Source: Opitutia bacterium (lineage in GTDB: Bacteria > Verrucomicrobiota > Verrucomicrobiia > Opitutales > Opitutaceae). Taken from it: 64,000 nucleotides of DNA. Position numbers and translations under genes: made by a program. Below, piece after piece: positions 1 through 10,606 of this stretch; position 1 is the stretch's first letter; the number at the start of each line of letters is the position of its first letter. The stretch spans positions 17,135 to 81,134 of the forward strand of contig CANJVR010000008.1 of NCBI GenBank assembly GCA_947478395.1, read 5' to 3'. The notes under the pieces are model-generated. The model ran no database searches. It saw nothing but the letters and a program-made list of their open reading frames with translations, and was not told the origin of the DNA.

Positions 1-828
1 TTCGCGGTGGAGTCCGAGACCGCGGAGACGCAACTGGCTCCCGCCGGCGGTGCCCGGCGGCACGCGCAGCGACGTGGTTCCGTCGAGCGTGGAAATTTTT
101 ACCTGCACACCGAGCACGGCTTCCCACGGTGCGAGGTCGAGGTCGTAGGAGAGATCGGCGTCGTGCACCGTGAAGTCCGGATGTTGGGCCAGGCGCACGC
201 GCAAATAGAGGTCGCCCGCCGCGGCTCCGCCGGTCCCTGCGCTCCCTTGCCCGGCCAGGCGGATGCGCTGTCCCTCGCGCACCCCTTTGGGGATTTTTAC
301 CTGATAGGTGTTCCGGCGCTCGGGTTCGCCTTCCTCGCTGCCGCGTCGGAGGGTGATCGTGCGCGTGGCGCCATGCAGCGCTTCCGCGAGCGTGACGAGC
401 AGATCGGCTTCGACGTCGCGACCTTGATGGGCAAACGACCGCTCGCCGCCGCCCCCGCGAAATCCGCCGCGCCCGCCCCCGAAAAACGATTCGAAGAAAT
501 CGCTGTAGCCCGTGCCGCCGAACTCGAAGTCCGTTTCGCCGCCGGGGGCCGCCGTCCGTCGACGGAATCCACCCGCGCCGGGCGGCGGCGCGGCACCTTC
601 CTGCCAGTTCGGCCCTAGTTCGTCGTAGCGCTTTCGTTTCTCCGGATCGCCGAGAACCTCGTAGGCCTCGTTGATCTCTTTGAATTTCACCTCGCCCGTC
701 GCCTTGTTCTTAGCGACGTCCGGATGATACAGCCGCGCCAGTTTGCGAAAGGCCTGCTTGATTTCATCGGCTGAGGCGGTGCGGGCGACGCCGAGCGTCT
801 CGTAGTAGTCTTTGAATTTCACGGCCAT
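1..828 (-). CDS. cbpA: CbpA-like J-domain co-chaperone (type II DnaJ, no zinc-finger region); 3' end runs off the window
   Basis: Edge-truncated, so absent from the ORF track. Reverse translation from the ATG at 826-828 gives [38 protein letters not shown]...[22 protein letters not shown] (HPD J-domain). A G/F-rich linker ([20 protein letters not shown]) and a DnaJ C-terminal-type region follow. The frame stays open to nt 1. Confidence 0.9.
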   Translation of the reverse strand, partial: MAVKFKDYYETLGVARTASADEIKQAFRKLARLYHPDVAKNKATGEVKFKEINEAYEVLGDPEKRKRYDELGPNWQEGAAPPPGAGGFRRRTAAPGGETDFEFGGTGYSDFFESFFGGGRGGFRGGGGERSFAHQGRDVEADLLVTLAEALHGATRTITLRRGSEEGEPERRNTYQVKIPKGVREGQRIRLAGQGSAGTGGAAAGDLYLRVRLAQHPDFTVHDADLSYDLDLAPWEAVLGVQVKISTLDGTTSLRVPPGTAGGSQLRLRGLGLHRE

Positions 829-830
829 GT

Positions 831-1121
831 TTAGCGGGAAGCGACTACCGCTTCGGTTTCGTTCCAAAGCGAGATAATCGGGCGGTTCAATTGATTCTGC
901 TCGAAGCGCAACATCCCCCGCGCGGCCGTGCTCAAGCCAAAGCGTTGCGCGTGAATCATGGGAAAGCTCGCCCGCGCCAACGCGAACAGGCGCAGGAAAT
1001 TTCCGGGCGAAAACACCGCGACATTGCCCGTCCGAAGCCCGTGCCCGGAGCGACGAGAGCGCGGACAAGATATTCGAGGGCTGAGAACGGCATGGTAACG
1101 TGCGGCACAGACCGGAATCAC
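831..1121 (-). CDS. Hypothetical small protein, start uncertain (possible GTG at 1016 or ATG at 959)
   Basis: The ORF stops 2 nt before the cbpA-like ATG, which suggests coupling. The 3' half has GC-rich third codon positions (by eye). I recognise no domain, and the N-terminal third looks non-coding (R/S/C/P rich). Confidence 0.25.
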   Translation of the reverse strand: MIPVCAARYHAVLSPRISCPRSRRSGHGLRTGNVAVFSPGNFLRLFALARASFPMIHAQRFGLSTAARGMLRFEQNQLNRPIISLWNETEAVVASR

Positions 1122-1308
1122 CGTGGTTTGTTACCGCATATTATTTTTGCGACGGGAAAATCGACGATAGGAAGCGATCTTCGCGGCGCAGCGGGAAGTG
1201 CGATTGACGGCGCCAATGGATTTCATGGCGCAACTTCCTGCCGGTCATTATTCCACGCGCAGCGGAATCCCTCGAAACGATTTACGCTCAGCGTAGCGCT
1301 AACACCGG

Positions 1309-1405
1309 AGCGGCAGGAGTCCCAGCCTGCCGCAACGAGGACGCCGAACCCGGCAGGCAGAGACGCTTGCCGCGATATAAAACGGCCGCGGGAAAACTTA
1401 AGCCC
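1309..1405. repeat. REP-like palindromic element, copy A (degenerate left arm) with flank CCGCGGGAAAACTTAAGCCC
   Basis: CGGCAGGAGTCCCAGCCTGCCGCAACGAGGACGCCGAACCCGGCAGGCAGAGACGCTTGCCGCG matches the other four copies. It lies directly after the TAG stop (1408-1410) of the minus-strand membrane-protein gene. Confidence 0.7.
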
Positions 1406-1407
1406 AT

Positions 1408-2646
1408 CTAGGGCGGGCCGAAAATCAGGAGCGTGGCGCCGATCGCGGCCGCGGCGCCGAAGCCAAAGCAAACCCGCCGCCGGAGAGATTTTTCGCCGAG
1501 GGCGACGACCATGCCGGCCTTAAAAGCGAGGTTGGCCATCGCGGCGACGACGATGAGCCGCCAGCCTGTGCCGGGGGCGACTTCCAGGTTTTTAACGAGC
1601 TGAGAGACGGAGAGGGTGATCGCATCCATGTCGGTCAGCCCGGAAATCACGCTCGCGACGTAGAGGCCCTGCTTGCCGAAGTGCTGGTTGGCGGCGGCGA
1701 CGACGAGGAGGATGAGCGCGTAGAGCAAGCCGAACATGACCGCCGGTTTCAGTTCTGCGGGGTTGGCTTGGTCGGGCTGGTCCGTCGGAGCGTTGCCGCT
1801 GCGGGAGAGACTCCAACTGCCAAGGAGGGCGAGCACGCCGAGCATCGCGCCGAGAGGAAGCGCGACGGCGGGGAGAAAGGGGGGGACCGTTACCCCGACG
1901 AGCAGGCCGACGCGCAAAAGCGAGACGGCGGACGCCATCAGAATTACAAAGGTTGCGACCTCCGGGTTGCCCGGGACTTGCCGGCTCCGCCGTGCCACGC
2001 TCACGGTGGTGGCGGTGCTGGAAATCAAACCGCCTAGCACACCACTGGCCCAGGCCCCGGCGCGGACGCCGATCAGCTTGTAGGTGACATAGCCACCGAG
2101 GCTGAGTCCGACGATGAGGACGACCATCAGCCAGATTTTGAAAGGATTGAGGATGCCGAACGGGCCATACACGTGGTTCGGCAGCACGGGTAGAATCACG
2201 AGTGAAATCAGCGTGAACTGCATCATCGCGCGGAAGTCGCGGTCGCCGATTTTCTCCGCTAGCGAGTGGAGCTGTGGTTTCAGGTGTAGCAATACGGCGA
2301 CTGCGCCGCAGGTCGTGATCGAGACCGCGAGTGCGCCGACCATCGTGTACGCTCCGACGACGAACATGAGCAGCATCGTAACCTCAGTCGTCACGCCGGG
2401 ATGCTCCTCGCCGGTCCGCATCAGCGGAAGATTCCCGCCGAGGATGATAAGCGCCAACGCGCCGAGTCCGCCGGCTATGATCCATTGACCGAAGTCTTGG
2501 GCCAACAGTGCGCACAGCGCTCCGAGTAACGTGATGAGCGGAAACGTGCGAAAGCCCGCGAGCCGGGCGTCGGTGCGCTGGCGTTGCAGGCCAATGAGCA
2601 GACCAAGCCCAAGCGCGATCCCGAGTCGGCTGAAAAGTTCGGTCAT
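1408..2646 (-). CDS. MgtC/SapB-family membrane protein with DUF4010-like C-terminal half
   Basis: 412-aa polytopic protein. The N-terminus LGIALGLGLLIGLQRQRTDARLAGFRTFPLITLLGAL is typical of MgtC/DUF4010 proteins. ATG start at 2644-2646. Confidence 0.75.
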   Translation of the reverse strand: MTELFSRLGIALGLGLLIGLQRQRTDARLAGFRTFPLITLLGALCALLAQDFGQWIIAGGLGALALIILGGNLPLMRTGEEHPGVTTEVTMLLMFVVGAYTMVGALAVSITTCGAVAVLLHLKPQLHSLAEKIGDRDFRAMMQFTLISLVILPVLPNHVYGPFGILNPFKIWLMVVLIVGLSLGGYVTYKLIGVRAGAWASGVLGGLISSTATTVSVARRSRQVPGNPEVATFVILMASAVSLLRVGLLVGVTVPPFLPAVALPLGAMLGVLALLGSWSLSRSGNAPTDQPDQANPAELKPAVMFGLLYALILLVVAAANQHFGKQGLYVASVISGLTDMDAITLSVSQLVKNLEVAPGTGWRLIVVAAMANLAFKAGMVVALGEKSLRRRVCFGFGAAAAIGATLLIFGPP

Positions 2647-2807
2647 GGGTGGGGAAGCCGAGGTTGCGCAGGGTCTCCGTAAAACTCCAGCTCAGGCGCG
2701 GATTGCTCCGGAGGCTCGCGGTGGATAGCTCGGAAGACCGGTTGGGGCGAGGCGGGGATTGAAGGAGCTTGATGGACCGCACCGTGGATTCGGGGCGATC
2801 GAAGCGC

Positions 2808-3902
2808 TCAGGATTCTCCCGTGATTTCCCGGGTGCTTCGGCCGTGCGGGGACCAAATCTCCAGCAACACCATCGTGATCGTGAGCACGACCGGGCCGAG
2901 AATCAGGCCGGCGGGGCCGAAGACGATGAGGCCACCGACAAGGGAGATGAACGCGAGGATCGTGTGCTGTTTCAGGCGTTTTCCGACGAGGATCGGGCAA
3001 AGCAAGTTGTCGACGGTGCCAACGACGACCACGCCCCACGCCGTAAGAATCAGGGCCTTGCTCCACTCCCCGTCCAACCCGAGAAACAGAGCCGCCGGTA
3101 TCCAGATGATAAACGCCCCGAAGACCGGGACAATGGCGAGCAACGCCATCACCGTGCCCCAAAGCAACGGGGTGGGCAGATCGAGCCACCAGAACATCAG
3201 CCCGCCGAGCAAACCTTGAACGCCGGCGACGGCGAGCGTGCCGTAAACCGTGGCGTGGATCGTGTCGCCCACGCGGCTGAAGAGCCGGTCCATCTCGGCG
3301 GAAGTCAGCGGCAGCAGGGTACGGAGCGATCCGAGTGCCGCGTGGCGGTCGCGCAGAAAAAAGAAAAGCAGGTAGAAGATCAGAAAAAACCCGGTGACTT
3401 GGAAGATGGAGCCCTTGACGATCGAACCGGTCGTGGTGCTCAGCCACGCAGTGAGGCGCTGGACGGTGCCGGGGAGATCGATTTGTTGTTCGATGCGATT
3501 CACGAGCGGGGTGAGGCGCGGCTCGCGTTGGAGGGCTTCCCGCCACTGGCCGGATATGATTTTCGATTCCAACCGTTCCGCGCCTTTGGCGGCCTGCACG
3601 ACCATCTGCTGGCCCACGAACATGGCGGGGACGACGACGATTACGCCGATGGCCAGCGAGGCAATCAGGGCCGCTGCGCTGGGGCGCTTGAGCTTGGCTT
3701 CCAGCCAGCGTTGGAACGGCGCGAACAAAACCGCCAGGGCGAGTGCCCACGCGAGCGCCGGAATAAACGGTCCGGCCATGAGGTAACACAGATAAATTCC
3801 TGAAGCGGTCGCCGCCAGAAGCACGAGAGTCTGGAGGTGATGACGGGGGTCGCGGTCGGTGGCGGCGCGGGCCGTCGGTTCCTTGGGGTCGGGTTCGTTC
3901 AT
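2808..3902 (-). CDS. AI-2E family transporter (PerM/UPF0118)
   Basis: 364-aa membrane protein. The segment VYGTLAVAGVQGLLGGLMFWWLDLPTPLLWGTVMALLAIVPVFGAFIIWIPAALFL is characteristic of the AI-2E family. Confidence 0.85.
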   Translation of the reverse strand: MNEPDPKEPTARAATDRDPRHHLQTLVLLAATASGIYLCYLMAGPFIPALAWALALAVLFAPFQRWLEAKLKRPSAAALIASLAIGVIVVVPAMFVGQQMVVQAAKGAERLESKIISGQWREALQREPRLTPLVNRIEQQIDLPGTVQRLTAWLSTTTGSIVKGSIFQVTGFFLIFYLLFFFLRDRHAALGSLRTLLPLTSAEMDRLFSRVGDTIHATVYGTLAVAGVQGLLGGLMFWWLDLPTPLLWGTVMALLAIVPVFGAFIIWIPAALFLGLDGEWSKALILTAWGVVVVGTVDNLLCPILVGKRLKQHTILAFISLVGGLIVFGPAGLILGPVVLTITMVLLEIWSPHGRSTREITGES

Positions 3903-4218
3903 GCGTCCATGTTGCGAGAAAGCCGGATGGGAGCAATGGGTGTTGTCCGAAGACTCGGGTCATCGCGTCGACCAAGGCAGACAACGTTTGCCGGCCGATC
4001 GCAATGGAGGCGGTGGCGACATGTGCCCGTTGCTCGGCCGCCAAGGACATGGCGGCTAAACGGCTCGTTTTCGGAGCTGTAAGCGGGCTGCCCTCAATCC
4101 GCAAAACGTCGCAGCGGGAATCCACGTCGGTGCGCGGTCAGCGCATCCCGCCCAAAAATAATTGGAGCGGGGCGGTGGCAGGGCGCGGTCGCTCGACGTG
4201 AGAGTTTCAGGGAACGGT

Positions 4219-5481
4219 TCAGGTTGCACTGAGCGCCGCGATCTCACGCGCGCCGACCGCGAGGAAGGCCACCATCACGAGGACCAGCACGACATTGGTC
4301 AGCGGACGATTGTGCCGGAGTGGCGCTGGAAACGGCACGCGGTTGTTCAGATAGAGCAGGGTGCCCGCGACGAAGGGAACGAAAAGGCTGCCGATCACGG
4401 TGAATACGACGATCACGGCCAGCGGGCGTGCGGTGAAAGCGAATGGTACCGAGGCCGCGGCCATGAAGCCGAGCCCGGTGCGATAGACCGGCGAGGTGCT
4501 TTGCAGAGCGGCCTGGCGTTTTTCGTCCGGCAGCTGGCGAAGGACACCGTAGCAGTCGGCGGCGATGTTCGGCACGCTCTGCCAGACTCCGAAGAGCGAA
4601 GCGACGACGGCGGCCCAGAAGCCGAGCGAGTAGATCCATTTTCCGGCCGGGCCCATCAAGGCGCCGAGATGGGAGGCCATGCCCGAGACCGCGTCGGTGC
4701 CGCTAACGGTGGTGCCGGTCGCGTGAAACGCGCGGCCGGCGATGAGCATGATGGCGATGCCGAAGAGCGCGGTGAAAATATAAGCGAGCGCGAGATCGCG
4801 GCGGACGGCGGGGAGTTCGCCATGACTGATTTTTCCCTCGGCGCGCAGGAGATAATTATAACTCAGCAACGTGATCGAACCGCCAATCCCGCCGATCACG
4901 GAAAGCACGTAAGCGCCGCCGCCAGTGGGAACTGTTGGCCGCATCAGGCCCTTGAGCGCGGCGACGGGCTCGCGAAAAGAAAATGCGGCGCAGAGCACCA
5001 CGCTCACAAACATAACAACGACGAGCGGCTTCATCGCGCGGGCGAACCCGCGGGTCGGGGCGGAATAAATGAAAACGAACGCGACCAGCGCGTGCGCGAG
5101 CGCGCCCCAGCGATGCGACACGGCCCCGCCGGTGAGATTCTCCACGGCGAGGCCGCAACCGGTGATGAGCGCGCCGCTGACTGCGATCGACCAGAGTACG
5201 ACATAGACCGCAAATGCGATCAGCACCCAGCGCGGAAGATAGCGCGCCCAGCCCTCAAGCATCGTGGTGCCCGTGGCGAGTTGCCAACGCGCCATGCCCT
5301 CACTTAGGACGAACTTAAAAAACGCGCCAAGCGCGACGGCCCAAAGCAATTGTGGTCCGTAGGTCGCGCCACCGATCGTGGCGGTCATCACATCGCTCGC
5401 GCCGATCCCGCTCGCGGCCATGATCAAGCCCGGGCCGAGCCAGCCAAGAGTCGGTGCCCTCGCGGTCGGTGGAGTCGTCAC
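4219..5481 (-). CDS. Nramp-family divalent metal cation transporter (MntH-like)
   Basis: 420-aa polytopic protein. The N-terminus LGPGLIMAASGIGASDVMTATIGGATYGPQLLWAV is the Nramp signature region. GTG start at 5479-5481. Confidence 0.8.
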   Translation of the reverse strand: MTTPPTARAPTLGWLGPGLIMAASGIGASDVMTATIGGATYGPQLLWAVALGAFFKFVLSEGMARWQLATGTTMLEGWARYLPRWVLIAFAVYVVLWSIAVSGALITGCGLAVENLTGGAVSHRWGALAHALVAFVFIYSAPTRGFARAMKPLVVVMFVSVVLCAAFSFREPVAALKGLMRPTVPTGGGAYVLSVIGGIGGSITLLSYNYLLRAEGKISHGELPAVRRDLALAYIFTALFGIAIMLIAGRAFHATGTTVSGTDAVSGMASHLGALMGPAGKWIYSLGFWAAVVASLFGVWQSVPNIAADCYGVLRQLPDEKRQAALQSTSPVYRTGLGFMAAASVPFAFTARPLAVIVVFTVIGSLFVPFVAGTLLYLNNRVPFPAPLRHNRPLTNVVLVLVMVAFLAVGAREIAALSAT

Positions 5482-5539
5482 GCGCGAGACTCGGTCAGTA
5501 ATCGCGGCGGAACGCGAATAAAGTTCGCGCGCTCACGAC

Positions 5540-5637
5540 GTAGCGGGAGGCGTCCCTGCCTGCCGAATCGACGACGCCGAACCCGGCAGGCAGAGACGCC
5601 TGCCGCTACACAACACGATCACGGAGCAACCTGAACG
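5540..5637. repeat. REP-like palindromic element, copy B
   Basis: GTAGCGGGAGGCGTCCCTGCCTGCCGAATCGACGACGCCGAACCCGGCAGGCAGAGACGCCTGCCGCTAC plus a degenerate flank CACGGAGCAACCTGAACG. Lies between the cusA stop (5666) and the Nramp start (5481). Confidence 0.8.
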
Positions 5638-5665
5638 TTTCTAAAAAATTGGCACCAACGCTCGA

Positions 5666-8600
5666 TCACGCCGCTCGCCCCAATTTCCGACCGTGCAGCC
5701 AGACGAAAATCACCGGCGTAACGACGAGAATATGAATGAGGGAGGACAACATTCCGCCCACCACGGGTGCGGCAAGCGGCTGCATGACCTCGACGCCGGT
5801 GCGCGTGCTCCAGAAAATCGGGAGCAGGCCGGCGACAGCGGTGGCGACCGTCATCACTTTGGGGCGAAGGCGGAGTCGGGCGCCTTCCTTTACGGCGGCG
5901 ATGAGTTCGGGAAGGGTTAATTGTAGAGCGGGATCGGCCGCGCCCGGACCACTCCGCATCCGTTTCGCGTCGGTGGCATTTTTCACGGCTTCGTTCAAAT
6001 AGACGACCATCACCACGCCGGTCTGAATCGCGGTCCCAAACAGCGCGATGTAACCCACCCACACCGCCACGCTGAAATTGAAACCCATGAACCACTGGAG
6101 CAGCACGCCGCCGGTGAGCGCGAACGGCACGGCTAGGATGACGTGGGCCGCTTCGGCCGCGGAGTGAAACGTGAGCGTCAGAACGATGAAAATGATCGCG
6201 AGCACGACGGGAAGAATCAGGCGAAGCGTCGCCCGGGCGCGGAGTTGGTTTTCATACTGCCCGCTCCATTCGACGGTCATTCCCGGATCCATTTTCACCT
6301 CACGATCGACGCGAGTCTTCGCCTCGTCGACGAATGAACCGAGATCGCGTCCGGTCACATTGGCCTGAACGAAAACCCGGAGCCGCCCATTCTCGCTGGC
6401 GATCTCGTTGGGGCCGATCACGCGTTCGATGGTGGCAATCTGGCCGAGCGGAATCGTGCGCATCGCGGCGCCATTTTCCCCCGGGATCGAAACGGGCAGC
6501 GCGCCGAGTCGGTCGAGGTCTTCGCGGTCGGCCCGTTCGAACCGGACCTGCACGGGCCAGCGCTCCCGGCCTTGGATGCTCGTGCTGAAATTTTTTCCAC
6601 CGATGCCGGTTTCGACCACGGCGAGCACGTCTGCAACGTTGAGTCCGTAACGCGCCAAGGCCGCGCGGTCGGGCGTGATTTCGAGATAAGGTTTCCCCTG
6701 CACCCGCGATGGTGCCACGCCGGTTGCCCCGGAGATTTTGTTCACGACCTGTTCCACTTCGAAGGCTTTTTTTTGCAGCGCGTCGAGATCGTCGCCAAAA
6801 ATCTTGATGCCGAGCTGCGCGCGGATTCCGGTCGCGAGCATCAGGATGCGATTTTCAATCGGCTGTAAAAATCCGGGCACGTAGCCGGGCACCTGGGTGA
6901 GCTTGGTCGTGAGTTCGGCGATGAGTTTTTCCTTGGTCATCCCGGTCCGCCACTGCGAAACCGGTTTTAACATGATCGTCGTTTCGATCATCTCGGTTGG
7001 CGCGGGATCGGTCGCCGTATCGAACCGGCCAAGCTTGCCGGCGACGCTGGCCACTTCGGGCGTCTCGCCGATGACGCGATCCTGCCAGGCCATGATGCGC
7101 TTCACCTCCGTGAGCGACGTGCTCGGGAGGAGAACCGGCATGAAGAGCAGCGACCCTTCCTGCAGCGTCGGCATGAACTCGGAACCGAAGCCAGAGAGAC
7201 GCGCAGAGAGCTGGGGGCTGAAGGTGGAGAGCGGATCACGGACGAACCGCGGGACGCCGAAGGCGACCACGACGCAGGAGGCGAGGAGCGTGGCCGCGAG
7301 CGCGAGCACGGTTTTGCGGCGGCGAAGGGCCCAGTCGAGGACCGGATCGTAGACGGCCAGCAAGCCACGCATGACCCAGTTGCGTTCCTCGGGGTGGAAT
7401 GGACCGCGCACTAGAAAAGTGCACAACACCGGGACGAGCGTGACGGCGAGAACGGTGGCACCGATCATCGCGAAGGTCTTGGTCCACGCGAGAGGATGAA
7501 ATAAATTTCCCTCCTGTCCGGTGAGTTGAAAGATCGGGATGAACGCCAGAATGATGATGCCCATCGCAAAAAAAATGGGGCGGCCGACGTGCAGGGAAGC
7601 GGTCAGGGTCACCTGCCACGTTTCTTCACGCGTGAGCGGGCGGCTGAGTTTTCTCTCCTCGAGTTCGCAGTGCCGAATGACGTTTTCGGTCATCACGATC
7701 GCGGCGTCCACCAGCACGCCGATGGCGATAGCGATTCCGGTCAGGGACATGATGTGCGACTGGATGCCGAACTCCTTCATCAAAATAAACGCGACGAGGA
7801 TCGAGGCCGGCAGCGGCACCGTGACGATGAGAATGCTCCGGAAGTGGAAGAGGAAAATCACGTGCATCAACGTCACCAGAATGACCGCCTCCCAGAGCGT
7901 GTGCTTGAGCGTGTCGATCGCGCGATCGATCAAGTCGCTGCGATCGTAGAACGACTCAATCGTGATGCCGGGCGGCAGCCCGCCGCTGATTTGCGCGATC
8001 CGGGCTTTTACGTCCTTGATGACTTGATCGGCGTTTTCTCCCGTGCGCATGACGACCGCGCCGCCGACGACTTCATGGCCGTCGACGTCGAGGAGTCCGC
8101 GGCGATAGTCGCCGCCGACCTGCACGGTGGCGACATCGCGGAGGTACACCGGTGCGCCCTCGCGGACCGTGAGCGCGATGACCTCGAGATCGGCGGCGGA
8201 CGTGATCAGGCCGCGTCCGCGCACGACGAACTCCAGACCGTTTTCCTCCAGCGTGCGGCCACCGACGTTGAGATTGTTTTTGCCGATGGCGTCCATGATC
8301 TGCTCCAGCGAAACGCCGAGCTGTTTCATGCGGAGCGAGGAGATCTCGACCTGCCACTGGCGGACGAAGCCGCCGATGCTCGCGACTTCGGCGACACCCG
8401 GAACGGCGGCGAGTTGGTAACGAACGAAATAATCCTGAAGCGCGCGCAGGGAACCGAGGTCCTGTTTACCCGACGTATCTTTTAGATAGTATTGAAACAC
8501 CCAACCGAGGCCGGTGGCGTCGGGCCCGAGGCGGGGCGTGACGCCGGCGGGCAGGATGTTACCGAGATAGTTGAGCCGCTCGAGGACGCGCGTGCGGGCG

Positions 8601-8914
8601 AAATAATTGTCGAGCTTGTCCTCGAAGATCACGGTGATCAGCGAGAATCCAAACATCGAGGAAGCGCGCACGGTGCGCACCCCGGCCAGACCCTGCAAAT
8701 TGACCGAGAGCGGATAGGTGACTTGGTCCTCGACCTCGCGGGGGCTGCGACCTTCCCAGTCGGCGAAGACGATCACCTGGTTTTCGCTGAGATCGGGGAT
8801 CGCGTCGACCGGCACGTGACGCACCGCGAAAATGCCCCAGCCGAAGAGGAGCAGCGTTGCGCCGAGAACCATGAAACGGTTCTCCATCGACCAGCGAATG
8901 AGGCGCGAAATCAT
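5666..8914 (-). CDS. cusA: CusA-type heavy-metal efflux RND transporter (monovalent Cu/Ag class)
   Basis: About 1080 aa. The TM4 motif AIGVLVDAAIVMTEN resembles E. coli CusA (AVGAMVDAAIVMIEN, from memory) rather than the divalent-cation DFG..DGA..VEN type. I chose the start MISRLIRWSMENRF at 8914, which forms an ATGA overlap with the upstream adaptor stop (8911-8913). Confidence 0.92.
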   Translation of the reverse strand: MISRLIRWSMENRFMVLGATLLLFGWGIFAVRHVPVDAIPDLSENQVIVFADWEGRSPREVEDQVTYPLSVNLQGLAGVRTVRASSMFGFSLITVIFEDKLDNYFARTRVLERLNYLGNILPAGVTPRLGPDATGLGWVFQYYLKDTSGKQDLGSLRALQDYFVRYQLAAVPGVAEVASIGGFVRQWQVEISSLRMKQLGVSLEQIMDAIGKNNLNVGGRTLEENGLEFVVRGRGLITSAADLEVIALTVREGAPVYLRDVATVQVGGDYRRGLLDVDGHEVVGGAVVMRTGENADQVIKDVKARIAQISGGLPPGITIESFYDRSDLIDRAIDTLKHTLWEAVILVTLMHVIFLFHFRSILIVTVPLPASILVAFILMKEFGIQSHIMSLTGIAIAIGVLVDAAIVMTENVIRHCELEERKLSRPLTREETWQVTLTASLHVGRPIFFAMGIIILAFIPIFQLTGQEGNLFHPLAWTKTFAMIGATVLAVTLVPVLCTFLVRGPFHPEERNWVMRGLLAVYDPVLDWALRRRKTVLALAATLLASCVVVAFGVPRFVRDPLSTFSPQLSARLSGFGSEFMPTLQEGSLLFMPVLLPSTSLTEVKRIMAWQDRVIGETPEVASVAGKLGRFDTATDPAPTEMIETTIMLKPVSQWRTGMTKEKLIAELTTKLTQVPGYVPGFLQPIENRILMLATGIRAQLGIKIFGDDLDALQKKAFEVEQVVNKISGATGVAPSRVQGKPYLEITPDRAALARYGLNVADVLAVVETGIGGKNFSTSIQGRERWPVQVRFERADREDLDRLGALPVSIPGENGAAMRTIPLGQIATIERVIGPNEIASENGRLRVFVQANVTGRDLGSFVDEAKTRVDREVKMDPGMTVEWSGQYENQLRARATLRLILPVVLAIIFIVLTLTFHSAAEAAHVILAVPFALTGGVLLQWFMGFNFSVAVWVGYIALFGTAIQTGVVMVVYLNEAVKNATDAKRMRSGPGAADPALQLTLPELIAAVKEGARLRLRPKVMTVATAVAGLLPIFWSTRTGVEVMQPLAAPVVGGMLSSLIHILVVTPVIFVWLHGRKLGRAA

Positions 8915-10527
8915 GGCACTTCCGCGCCGCAATCCGGCATCGTGGAACCGAAGAAAGGATTTTTAAGCGGCTGACTCCGTTGCACCCAGCGGCCTTTGCC
9001 GGCAACGGGAGCCATCGGGCATTGAAAAATCTTCACCCCCAGTCGGGCGCGGTGTGGTTTGAGCAAATCTGCGACGGCCGTGCTCCAAGGCTCAAAGGAC
9101 CGCCGCGCGGATTTTAGGTCGGCCCCGGGATCGATTTGGGGCAGCGAAAACGCTTTCGCGGCGACGCTGAGAGCGGGGAAAATTTTCTGATAGGCCGCGT
9201 AGTCATCGGCGCCGAGCGCGGCTGCTGCGTCGATGGCCGCAACCGCCAGCGCGGCGAGCGGATCAGCGGCCTTCGCGATCAGTGTAGGCGGGGTGGCCTC
9301 ACCCCGCATGATCGCGCCCGTGGCGGGTGAGGGCACCGGACCTCCATTAATAATTTCAACGGAGGGCGCGCTTGCCTCCGCGGCCAGCTGGGCTTGCGCA
9401 TCGAGCAGGAGCGCGCCGTGGGTGACGACCTTCTCGTTCTCCGTCAGACCAGCGAGGATTTCGACGAGACTGTCGCCGCGTCGGCCGAGGGTGAGTGGCC
9501 GTTGCTGGTAGCGACCTTCGCCCATATCGACATACGCCACGGGTCCGCGGCCGCGATCGAGGATCGCCGCGCGGGGCGCCGCCAGCACCGCCGGCGATTC
9601 CATCAGGACGCGGCCCTCCGCGAGCACGCGGTGCGGCAGACGGTGGGGCACGCCGCCGACACTGTAGTGTGGGTTCGGCAGAATCGCGCGGACTTTCGCG
9701 GTGCGGGTGGTTTCGTTAAAATTCGGGTCGATGAAATCGATCGGCGCGTGCATCACTTCGCCCGGTACGGCGCGCGTCGTGAATTCGATTTGCTGCCCGA
9801 CGCTGAGCCATGGGATGTCCTGTTCGTAAGCGTCGAAGACGAACCACATGCGGGAAAAGTCGGCGAGTTCAAGGAGGCGATCGCTCGCGCCGACGTACTG
9901 GCCCTCGTAGACCGATTTCGAAACGACGGTGCCGGCGAACGGCGCGCGCACCGTGATGGTCGCCGAAGGCTGAAGGGAATTTTCCAGCACGGCGACATCC
10001 GCGGCGGTGAGCCCGAGTTCGAGTAAACGCTCACGCGCCGCGGCGAGATCGGTCGCGGCGATCGCTGCGCTGGCGCGGAGTCGCTCAACATAGATTCGCT
10101 CCGCGGTGAGCACCTCGGGGCTGAACAACGTGACGAGTGGCTGGTCGGCCTGGACCTCGGCGCCGACGTAGTTGATGTGAAGTTTTTCGACCCGGCCGGG
10201 CACGCGGGCGGCGACGACGCGATGCCGCGTGTCGTCATCTTCAATCCGGCCCGTGACCCGCAGGGTGTGGATCAACGGCTGGCGCGAGACCGTGGCGGTC
10301 TCGACGCCGATGACGGTTACGCTGGAGGGCGATAGCGCGACGAAGCCCGCAGGGGCCATTTCGCTGCTCGCCGCGACGAGCGGCATGCCGCAGATCGTGC
10401 ACTTCGCACCGGCGTGGTCGGCGTGAATCCACGGGTGCATCGGGCACCGGTAAACGGTGCCGGCGGCGTGGACCAGTGCGGCGGCCAGAAACAAAGTGAA
10501 CGTCAAAAAATAGCGGAGCATGGGCAT
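8911..10527 (-). CDS. cusB: RND efflux periplasmic adaptor (CusB-like) with N-terminal heavy-metal-binding motif and a C-terminal extension (DUF3347-like as I recall it; family name unverified)
   Basis: I chose the signal-peptide start MPMLRYFLTFTLFLAAALVHAAG at 10527, since the ORF-track start at 10635 would overlap the upstream gene. YRCPMHPWIHADHAGAKCTICGMPLV is a metal-binding motif. The membrane-fusion-protein core follows. The C-terminus carries IFQCPMAP...STMPDCG. Confidence 0.85.
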   Translation of the reverse strand: MPMLRYFLTFTLFLAAALVHAAGTVYRCPMHPWIHADHAGAKCTICGMPLVAASSEMAPAGFVALSPSSVTVIGVETATVSRQPLIHTLRVTGRIEDDDTRHRVVAARVPGRVEKLHINYVGAEVQADQPLVTLFSPEVLTAERIYVERLRASAAIAATDLAAARERLLELGLTAADVAVLENSLQPSATITVRAPFAGTVVSKSVYEGQYVGASDRLLELADFSRMWFVFDAYEQDIPWLSVGQQIEFTTRAVPGEVMHAPIDFIDPNFNETTRTAKVRAILPNPHYSVGGVPHRLPHRVLAEGRVLMESPAVLAAPRAAILDRGRGPVAYVDMGEGRYQQRPLTLGRRGDSLVEILAGLTENEKVVTHGALLLDAQAQLAAEASAPSVEIINGGPVPSPATGAIMRGEATPPTLIAKAADPLAALAVAAIDAAAALGADDYAAYQKIFPALSVAAKAFSLPQIDPGADLKSARRSFEPWSTAVADLLKPHRARLGVKIFQCPMAPVAGKGRWVQRSQPLKNPFFGSTMPDCGAEVP

Positions 10528-10606
10528 GGAATGAAACGAGAACACCGGCGCGTGGAACTCGGTTTCGCGGTCGGCGATGACCTGAAACCGAGTTGGCCGA
10601 CGCGGC

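Noticed and set aside
2692-4125. 477-aa minus-strand ORF extending upstream of the AI-2E transporter
   Set aside because: It overlaps the AI-2E gene out of frame for more than 1 kb. It is Arg/Pro-rich and has no stop only because of GC bias.
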